Shown here one piece after another: positions 28,542 through 35,838 of a stretch of 35,838 bases of DNA. Origin of the DNA: Deinococcales bacterium. Lineage in GTDB: Bacteria > Deinococcota > Deinococci > Deinococcales > JAAFIG01. The notes beneath the pieces are model-generated. The model searched no databases and was not told where the DNA came from. It was given only the letters and a program-made list of their open reading frames with translations. Made by a program: the position numbers and the translations under genes. Where the stretch lies: NCBI GenBank assembly GCA_043778225.1, contig JAYWGM010000026.1, forward strand, positions 1-35,838, given 5' to 3'. How positions within the stretch are numbered: the first letter of the stretch is position 1; each line of letters starts with the position of its first letter.

Positions 28542-29380
28542 AATTACTGCGCTTTGGAGCAATTGGACTCGAGAAACCCGGTGTGCTTGATGCCAACAAT
28601 CAAATTCGTGACCTCTCGGGTGTGATGACCGACATCAATCCAAGCAGCCTTGCAAACCTCGAGCCACTGAGAAACCTTGACTTGGAATCATTACCACTTG
28701 CCCCAGCCAACTCGAGAATTGGGGCTTGTGTACACGGTGTTGGAAAATTCATTTGTATCGGACTTAATTACCGTCAGCACGCCCTCGAGACAGGTGCAAG
28801 TATTCCAACTGAACCCGTGGTTTTTATGAAAGCCACCTCGAGTATTATTGGTGCGAACGATAATGTACGCATCCCACGTGGTTCAGTCAAAACCGATTGG
28901 GAAGTTGAACTTGGTGTGGTGATAGGTAAAACCGCCAAGTATATTTCTATCGCCCAAGCCCTCGAGTACGTGGCTGGGTACTGTGTGATTAACGATCTTT
29001 CCGAGCGTGAGTATCAACTTGAGCGTGGTGGGCAATGGGATAAAGGCAAGGGTTGCGATACCTTTGGACCAATCGGACCTTATTTGGTGACACGGGATGA
29101 AATTGCCGATGTCCAGAATTTACGGCTCTGGCTTGAAGTGGATGGACATAAATACCAAGACTCGAGTACCGCCGATATGATTTTTGGAGTGGCTGAAATT
29201 GTTGCCTACCTATCCAATTTTTTTACGTTACATCCTGGCGATATTATCAGCACAGGCACGCCCCAAGGCGTTGGGCTTGGCATCAAACCCATTCCGATTT
29301 ACTTAAAAGCAGGGCAGACCATGCACCTTGGCATTGACGGACTGGGAACGCAAATCCAAATAACAGAGCTAGACCCATGA
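28538..29380 (+). CDS. fumarylacetoacetate hydrolase family protein (2,4-diketo-3-deoxy-L-fuconate hydrolase-like)
   Basis: [53 protein letters not shown] and STGTPQGVG. Start at 28538 (ATGA overlap). Confidence 0.88.
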   Translation: MKLLRFGAIGLEKPGVLDANNQIRDLSGVMTDINPSSLANLEPLRNLDLESLPLAPANSRIGACVHGVGKFICIGLNYRQHALETGASIPTEPVVFMKATSSIIGANDNVRIPRGSVKTDWEVELGVVIGKTAKYISIAQALEYVAGYCVINDLSEREYQLERGGQWDKGKGCDTFGPIGPYLVTRDEIADVQNLRLWLEVDGHKYQDSSTADMIFGVAEIVAYLSNFFTLHPGDIISTGTPQGVGLGIKPIPIYLKAGQTMHLGIDGLGTQIQITELDP

Positions 29381-30201
29381 TGATAGATACGCACCAGCAC
29401 TTTATTTTTCCAAGCCGTATCCATTACCCTTGGCTCGAGGGTGAAGCCTCAAAGCCATTGCAACGCGATTTTACCCCAGCCGATTTACAGCTTCTACTCG
29501 AGCCAAATAAGGTGCAAAAAACCATTCTGGTACAAACCAGACACAGCTTAGAAGAAACCCATGAATTTTTGCAAATCGCGGCTGATACAGATTATGTGGC
29601 AGGTGTGACCGCATGGGCTGACCTGACCGACCCGAATCTTGAAGCGACCCTAAAAACCCTGCTCGGGTCGGAAAATGGGCAGTGGCTCAAAGGCATTCGC
29701 CATCAAATTCAAGAAGAATCAGACCCCAATTGGTTACTGCGCCAAGATGTTCAGCAAGGCTTATTGACCCTCGAGAAGTTTGGATTACTTTACGAATTTG
29801 TTTGCTCAAAACGTGAGTACAAGGCTTGTCTCGAGACTGCTAAACATCACCCCAAACTGCAATTCATCCTCGACCATGCTGGCAAACCAGACATTCAAAA
29901 CAATGACTTGACTGCATGGCAAGAATCCATGCAGCAATTTGCGGCGCTCGAGAATGTGGTGGCTAAAATCAGTGGATTAACCACCCAAACTGACCAAAAA
30001 GATATTGTGGTATTCAAGCCTTATGTTCAAACCTTGATTCAAGAATTTGGCTCGGGTCGGTGTATGTACGGCAGCGATTACCCCATTTGTTTACTGGCTG
30101 GGCAGTACCCACAGACCATCAGCATCATTGGCGAAAATTCTAATGCAATCGAACAACCAGCTATTTTTTTTGAAACGGCTGCGCGGATTTACCAAATTTA
30201 G
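29377..30201 (+). CDS. amidohydrolase-2 family, L-fuconolactonase-like
   Basis: IDTHQH, ILVQ, GIRH, LDHAGKP, KISGL and MYGSDYPIC. Confidence 0.85.
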   Translation: MMIDTHQHFIFPSRIHYPWLEGEASKPLQRDFTPADLQLLLEPNKVQKTILVQTRHSLEETHEFLQIAADTDYVAGVTAWADLTDPNLEATLKTLLGSENGQWLKGIRHQIQEESDPNWLLRQDVQQGLLTLEKFGLLYEFVCSKREYKACLETAKHHPKLQFILDHAGKPDIQNNDLTAWQESMQQFAALENVVAKISGLTTQTDQKDIVVFKPYVQTLIQEFGSGRCMYGSDYPICLLAGQYPQTISIIGENSNAIEQPAIFFETAARIYQI

Positions 30202-30360
30202 TTAGATTCATAATGTCACTTTAGTGCTGTTGTAAGACAGTGTTTGACAATCATTTCTAAACGCTTCTAAAGTCACTCGAGTTTTCTGGAATGTCAAGTA
30301 AGCTACTCCCAATTTATCTCGAGGTGTCGAGAATTATTGATTGCTCTGATACGAAATTAA

Positions 30361-30391
30361 GTTAATCAGTTGCGTATTTTGACTGATTAAC
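30361..30391. terminator. inverted repeat downstream of the catabolic operon
   Basis: GTTAATCAGT-N11-ACTGATTAAC. Confidence 0.45.
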
Positions 30392-30396
30392 CGACT

Positions 30397-30447
30397 AAGC
30401 GACCCTGCCCGTGAGCGACCACGCCCGTCAGCGACCCAGCCCGTAAG
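30397..30447. repeat. three 16-bp tandem units abutting the IS110 right end (R arms of nested mini-elements)
   Basis: aag-CGACCCTGCCCGT-gag-CGACCACGCCCGT-cag-CGACCCAGCCCGT-aag. Confidence 0.9.
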
Positions 30448-30455
30448 CAGCCGTG

Positions 30456-31594
<1,139 letters not shown>

Positions 31595-31607
31595 ATTATT
31601 AACTTAC

Positions 31608-31680
31608 AAGGTGCATCTTTAGGGTCAAGACAGGTGCGCGTTTGTGGTCAAGAGAGGTGCGTGTTTAGGGTCAAGAATAG
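31608..31680. repeat. three 23-bp tandem units abutting the IS110 left end (L arms of nested mini-elements)
   Basis: aag-GTGCATCTTTAGGGTCAAGA-cag-GTGCGCGTTTGTGGTCAAGA-gag-GTGCGTGTTTAGGGTCAAGA-atag. Confidence 0.9.
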
Positions 31681-31733
31681 GAGTAATAACGATACCAAAT
31701 TTACGCGTGAACGACAGTTCGACCTGCTTTTTG

Positions 31734-31771
31734 CGACCCAAGCCCGTAAGGTGCTGCTTTCAGGGTCAAGA
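31734..31771. repeat. free, uninterrupted copy of the mini-element (empty IS110 target site)
   Basis: CGACCCAAGCCCGT-aag-GTGCTGCTTTCAGGGTCAAGA, i.e. R arm, core and L arm joined. Confidence 0.85.
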
Positions 31772-31799
31772 TGGTCAAACGAGAGTGATTAAGTTAATT

Positions 31800-31808
31800 T
31801 GGTATGAT
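31800..31808 (+). promoter_or_regulatory. extended -10 promoter for the phyH-araC pair
   Basis: TG-G-TATGAT. Confidence 0.45.
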
Positions 31809-31948
31809 AGTAGCTTTGAGGGCTGCATACTACAAGAGGCTAAAGGCAATAATATCAATTTTGTGCTATTCAATGCAGAGCTTTAGGCTAACACCTTATC
31901 AGTCAGTTCAAGCACACTGATGATGTTCAAAAAATAAGGAGTCCAATT

Positions 31949-32713
31949 ATGAATAAAACAGCTTTTACTGTCAGTGAGGCAATGAAACAAACTTATCGGC
32001 GCGATGGTTTTGTTCACGTTCCCAGTATTATCAACCCTGAAGAAGCCAGTGCTTTTCGGCTTGCGGCGCTTGCGGCAACCGAACGCCTTGGCGCAATTTC
32101 TGACAATGCGATGTTCAGGCAATCGGTCAATGTCTGGCGCGAAGATGACCAAATGGCAGCCTTGACCACCCACCCGAATATCGCGGCAGCCGCCGAACAA
32201 TTGGCAGGGGTTGCTTTGCGCTTATGGCACGATCAAATTCTGATTAAACCAGCCCTCAACAGCAAACCCACCGAATTTCATCAAGACCAACCGTACTGGC
32301 CTCATTCGCAATCGACCCACCCGATCAGCGCTTGGATTGCACTGGTGGATGTACCCGTCGAGCGTGGCTGTATGACCTTTATCGCTGGCGCTCAAGGCAG
32401 AACCGAACTCCCGCCTTCTAATTTGGCTGCCCAACGAGGCTTATTTGACCTCGCACCAGACCTAATTTGGGAGCAACGTATTACTGTGCCATTAAAAGCT
32501 GGCGATTGTACTTTTCATCATGGGCGCTGCCCGCACATGGCAACCCCTAATTTTACCGAAGAAGCTCGAGTTGCCCATGTGGTTATTTTTGTGGATGCAG
32601 CCACTATTTACAATGGCTTGAGCCATGTTGTGACCGACCCACTCGGGCTTGTGGCAGGGAGTCTGCTAGAAGGCGAGATGTTTCCACTGGCTCAATCATT
32701 CTTAGACCAATAA
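31949..32713 (+). CDS. phytanoyl-CoA dioxygenase (PhyH) family Fe(II)/2-oxoglutarate dioxygenase
   Basis: YRRDGFV, LWHDQILIKP, FHQDQPYW (HxD), WIALVD...GCM and AGDCTFHH...H.....N....R. AAGGAG RBS. Confidence 0.9.
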   Translation: MNKTAFTVSEAMKQTYRRDGFVHVPSIINPEEASAFRLAALAATERLGAISDNAMFRQSVNVWREDDQMAALTTHPNIAAAAEQLAGVALRLWHDQILIKPALNSKPTEFHQDQPYWPHSQSTHPISAWIALVDVPVERGCMTFIAGAQGRTELPPSNLAAQRGLFDLAPDLIWEQRITVPLKAGDCTFHHGRCPHMATPNFTEEARVAHVVIFVDAATIYNGLSHVVTDPLGLVAGSLLEGEMFPLAQSFLDQ

Positions 32714-32724
32714 CTTACTGTACG

Positions 32725-33582
32725 ATGAAAGCTATGGTTGAACCTATTGGTTTTGAACGATTGTCTCGTTTACAAGTCCTGAGTCAACAAACCAGTGTTG
32801 ATTCAGGACGTTTTGTCTTGAATGGCGATTATCAGTATCACGAACATGAATTTTACGAAGTTGTGGTGGTTCTTGGTGGTTCAGGTATCCATAGCTCACC
32901 GCTTGGCGAACAAATACTGAGCGTAGGTGATGCTTTTTTTCTTCGTCCGGGTGCATGGCACGCCTATCTGAGTTGTCAGCAGCTCGAAGTTTTTAATTGT
33001 TATTTTGCACCTGAATTACTCAAATATGAACTTTCTTGGACACTGAACGACCAAATTCTAGGGCATCTGATGTGGACTGGAACTCGAGCCGGAACGCACG
33101 GCTTGGTCAGTGCCAAACTGAGTACCATTGCAGTTCAAAAAGCCGAAGCTCATTTGTTGGCACTTTTGGAGGCAACCGCTTTATCGCAACGAATTGCCAG
33201 ACTGTTGTTATTTCTTGGCTTAATTGCCAAAGCAACTCCTGAAACTGCTCAGTCTAAGGTCTATCATCCTGCGGTGCTGCGTGGTGTACAAATGCTCGAG
33301 GCTAACCCATTGCAGCCTTGGACGCTGACCGAACTGGCAGAGGCACTGCACGTCGCACCTTCGTACTTATCACGGTTGTTTCAACAGCATTTGGGCATAC
33401 CACCAATGGCTTATCTAACGCACTGGCGAGCCGAACGTGCTGCCGCATTGCTACTAGGTACGACCCGAAGCATTAGCCAAATTGCCGAGGAAGTTGGTTG
33501 GTCAGATGCCAATTATTTTTCTCGGCGTTTCAAGAAACACTTTGGCATCAGTGCCAGTGACTACCGAGCAGCCAAGATTTAA
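32725..33582 (+). CDS. AraC-family regulator (RhaS/RhaR-like cupin)
   Basis: HEHEFYEVVVVLGGSGIH...RPGAWHAY, plus C-terminal SYLSRLF...IAEEVGWSDANYFSRRFKKHFGISASDYR. Confidence 0.93.
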   Translation: MKAMVEPIGFERLSRLQVLSQQTSVDSGRFVLNGDYQYHEHEFYEVVVVLGGSGIHSSPLGEQILSVGDAFFLRPGAWHAYLSCQQLEVFNCYFAPELLKYELSWTLNDQILGHLMWTGTRAGTHGLVSAKLSTIAVQKAEAHLLALLEATALSQRIARLLLFLGLIAKATPETAQSKVYHPAVLRGVQMLEANPLQPWTLTELAEALHVAPSYLSRLFQQHLGIPPMAYLTHWRAERAAALLLGTTRSISQIAEEVGWSDANYFSRRFKKHFGISASDYRAAKI

Positions 33583-33588
33583 GTGGGA

Positions 33589-34458
33589 TTACAAAAGCCG
33601 TGTTTGCCGACGAAATACTTGTGGCGATTGACCAACTACTCGTTTGAAAAGTTTGGAGAAGTGAAACGGGTCTACAATTCCAATCTGAGCGGCGATAACA
33701 TAAATCGGCAAGGTTGTACTGCACAATAATTGCTTGGCTTTTGTAATCCGTGTTGCTGTCACCCAAGCACTTGGGGTAGAAGCACTAAACTGCTTAAATA
33801 AGCGGTGAAGACTGGCAGGGCTGCACTCAGCCACTCGAGCCAGTTCTGGTATGGTCAGGGTTTTTTGAAGATTGGCTTTGACGTAATCCTGAATTTTTCG
33901 TAAGGCAACTGGAATACTGACTAAATAATCAACTTTTGTGTGCGCCACAATCAATTCCTCGAGCAGCAAAGTGGCTAAAGCCCGCATTGGTTTTTCGGCA
34001 ACCGATTCGCCAATAAAACGCCCAACGATGTAATGTGCCAGTAAGCGCAAAGTTGGCGTTTGCACAAGTGAACCTTGTTGGATTCCCACGAGTTCTGACC
34101 AATCCCAATCTGTTCTCCAAGGGCTTTGTGCCAATGGGTCGTCTGGGTCGTGTGCCACAGAAAAATCAATATTTTTCGACAGATGATAATCTGGAATCAA
34201 GTGTATCCCGCCAACCCGAAATGTTTGTTCTGGGTCGGCTTCATAAAGCATTTCGCGCCCCCAAGGGAGAAACAAATAGTCTTCTGGCTCGAGCCGATAC
34301 CATTGTCCATTGACTCGTACCCTTCCTTTACCATGAACTGCCCACAACAACATTCGGCTTTGAACACATGGCTGGGCGATACGTTCGGCTTTTCTAAACT
34401 CAAACCAATTGGCAAGCACAATCACAGGACAAGGATTCATTCTGACAGAAATATACAT
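33589..34458 (-). CDS. AraC-family regulator (start could be ATG 34440)
   Basis: LARVAECSPASLHRLF...IAAQIGIVDPFHFSKLFKRVVGQSPQVFR. Divergent from the second phyH gene. Confidence 0.9.
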   Translation of the reverse strand: MYISVRMNPCPVIVLANWFEFRKAERIAQPCVQSRMLLWAVHGKGRVRVNGQWYRLEPEDYLFLPWGREMLYEADPEQTFRVGGIHLIPDYHLSKNIDFSVAHDPDDPLAQSPWRTDWDWSELVGIQQGSLVQTPTLRLLAHYIVGRFIGESVAEKPMRALATLLLEELIVAHTKVDYLVSIPVALRKIQDYVKANLQKTLTIPELARVAECSPASLHRLFKQFSASTPSAWVTATRITKAKQLLCSTTLPIYVIAAQIGIVDPFHFSKLFKRVVGQSPQVFRRQTRLL

Positions 34459-34516
34459 CCTATGATGGTTTTGGCTATGGTCAATTGGTGCTTTGGGCTT
34501 TTATCATGCTGCAATC

Positions 34517-35437
34517 ATGACACCAGCTTCTGAACAAATGCTTGACTCATCATCGCTGCTCGAGCAACCGAGTTTGCTACAAGCCCAAGCCAAACAAGAC
34601 GGGTATCTTTTTTTTCGAGGACTTTTACCTGTGCCTGATGTCTTGGCGCTACGGGCTGACTTTCTCGAGGTTGTTGACCATCAAGGCTGGCGCACCGCAG
34701 GTCAGGATAAATTTGGAGACCATGTAGAAAAAACGGTCATTGACCAAACACCCTCCGATCAAATGCGACTCGACATTGGTGTGGGCATTGCAGCCTACAA
34801 CGATATTCAACGTCTCGAGCGTCTGCATCGTTTACCGCATCATCCTCAATTGCTGGCGCTTTTCACAACCCTTTTTGGCTGCAATCCGTTTGTTCATCCG
34901 CGCCATATCGCAAGGATGGTCACACCGCATCGTGACATGATTGCCACTCCGATTCATCAGGATTTTCCACTGATTCAAGGCAGTCAGAACACTTGGACGT
35001 GCTGGTTTCCGCTAGGCGATTGCCCTCGAGAACTGGGTGGATTAAGTGTATTGCGTGGCTCACACCACAACGGTTATTTACCCGTACAAACTACGGCTGG
35101 CACTGGAGGCATCGAAGCTCAACTGTGCGAGCATGAAACCGATTGGCTCGAGACCGATTATCACTGTGGAGATGTACTGATTTTTCCGTGCTTTACAGTC
35201 CACCGAGGTATCAAGTCTGTTTTCAAAGACCGTATTCGGTTATCGCTGGATGTGCGTTACCAACCAGACAATGAACCCATCGAAGCCAAATCACTCTTGC
35301 CTCACTGCGACTTGACTTGGCACGAAATCTATGCGAATTGGCAAAGTACCGATTTGCAGTATTACTGGGAGTCTTTGAAGCTCGAGCCTAGCCCGTGGAA
35401 TCCAGAATTATTTGTACCAAGCCAACGAATTTGCTAA
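34517..35437 (+). CDS. phytanoyl-CoA dioxygenase (PhyH) family Fe(II)/2-oxoglutarate dioxygenase
   Basis: DGYLFFRGLL, TPIHQDF (HxD), WTCWFPLGDCPRELGGL.VL.GSH, GDVLIF...TVH and RLSLDVRYQ. Likely start ATG 34517, no RBS. Confidence 0.9.
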   Translation: MTPASEQMLDSSSLLEQPSLLQAQAKQDGYLFFRGLLPVPDVLALRADFLEVVDHQGWRTAGQDKFGDHVEKTVIDQTPSDQMRLDIGVGIAAYNDIQRLERLHRLPHHPQLLALFTTLFGCNPFVHPRHIARMVTPHRDMIATPIHQDFPLIQGSQNTWTCWFPLGDCPRELGGLSVLRGSHHNGYLPVQTTAGTGGIEAQLCEHETDWLETDYHCGDVLIFPCFTVHRGIKSVFKDRIRLSLDVRYQPDNEPIEAKSLLPHCDLTWHEIYANWQSTDLQYYWESLKLEPSPWNPELFVPSQRIC

Positions 35438-35583
35438 GAGGTTTTCATGATTTAACGCCTGCTTGAAAAACGTGCTGGATAAACTGAATTCGTTCGCTAA
35501 CTTGAAATTCACTGCCGCCTTTATGATTGTTGTATCAATAAATTCGGATAGACTACCCACATACAGGTCAACTGATTTTCCAT

Positions 35584-35630
35584 AAACGCGGTGCGCCTTG
35601 AGAGGTTTTCTCGAGTGACGCACTGCGTTT
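35584..35630 (-). terminator. hairpin downstream of the tRNA operon
   Basis: AAACGCGGTGCG...CGCACTGCGTTT inverted repeat with an inner CTTGAGA/TCTCGAG stem. Confidence 0.6.
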
Positions 35631-35639
35631 TTTGGCTTT

Positions 35640-35715
35640 TGGTGATCCCAACGAGACTTGAACTCGTGTCTGCGCCTTGAGAGGGCACCGTCCTAGACCG
35701 CTAGACGATGGGACC
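35640..35715 (-). tRNA. tRNA-Glu (anticodon CTC)
   Basis: GGTCCCATCGTCTAGCGGTCTAGGACG-GTGCC-CT-CTC-AA-GGCGC-AGAC-ACGAG-TTCAAGT-CTCGT-TGGGATC-ACCA forms a 76-nt cloverleaf with CCA. Confidence 0.95.
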
Positions 35716-35762
35716 ATCGTGGGTGGTGCAAGCCTATTCGAGGCGGACGTTCTCGAGAGCTT

Positions 35763-35836
35763 TGGCTGGGGAACGTGGATTTGAACCACGATAAACAGAT
35801 CCAGAAACTGTTGTCCTGCCATTAGACGATTCCCCA
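35763..35836 (-). tRNA. tRNA-Gln (anticodon CTG)
   Basis: TGGGGAATCGTCTAATGGCAGGACA-ACAGT-TT-CTG-GA-TCTGT-TTAT-CGTGG-TTCAAAT-CCACG-TTCCCCA-GCCA, 74 nt. Confidence 0.93.
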
Positions 35837-35838
35837 CC

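Noticed and set aside
31644..31886. 80-aa ORF MVKRGACLGSR...
   Set aside because: It is a translation of the repeat and promoter region, with no RBS or recognisable motif.
35408..35837. Minus-strand ORFs 35408-35623 and 35568-35837
   Set aside because: They overlap the tRNA genes and their terminator.

Overview
This window is a large deoxyhexose (L-fucose/L-rhamnose) glycan-utilisation island ending at a tRNA-Glu(CTC)/tRNA-Gln(CTG) pair. It encodes a 5'-partial GH78 alpha-L-rhamnosidase (missed by the ORF track), a beta-propeller glycosidase, a GH99-like/WbsX-family protein, a GH106-like protein, an F5/8C (CBM32) + beta-helix lipoprotein, three sugar ABC systems, an apparently complete non-phosphorylative L-fucose-type pathway, a second enolase-superfamily enzyme, two PhyH-family dioxygenases, and four AraC, one LacI and one FadR/GntR regulator. 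Three sequence-level signals stand out. (1) A complete IS110 element has a bridge RNA whose four guides can be read directly against its own ends and flanks. (2) The IS sits at the centre of a three-level nested array of a 36-bp mini-element apparently inserted repeatedly into its own core; each level is bracketed by a different 3-nt direct repeat, the arms show compensatory changes, and an intact free copy lies nearby. (3) The palindrome CTCGAG is hyper-iterated (about 185 copies by manual count against about 8-9 expected) in all reading frames, like cyanobacterial HIP1. Leaderless regulator genes and non-lipoprotein binding proteins suggest, but do not prove, a Deinococcota host.
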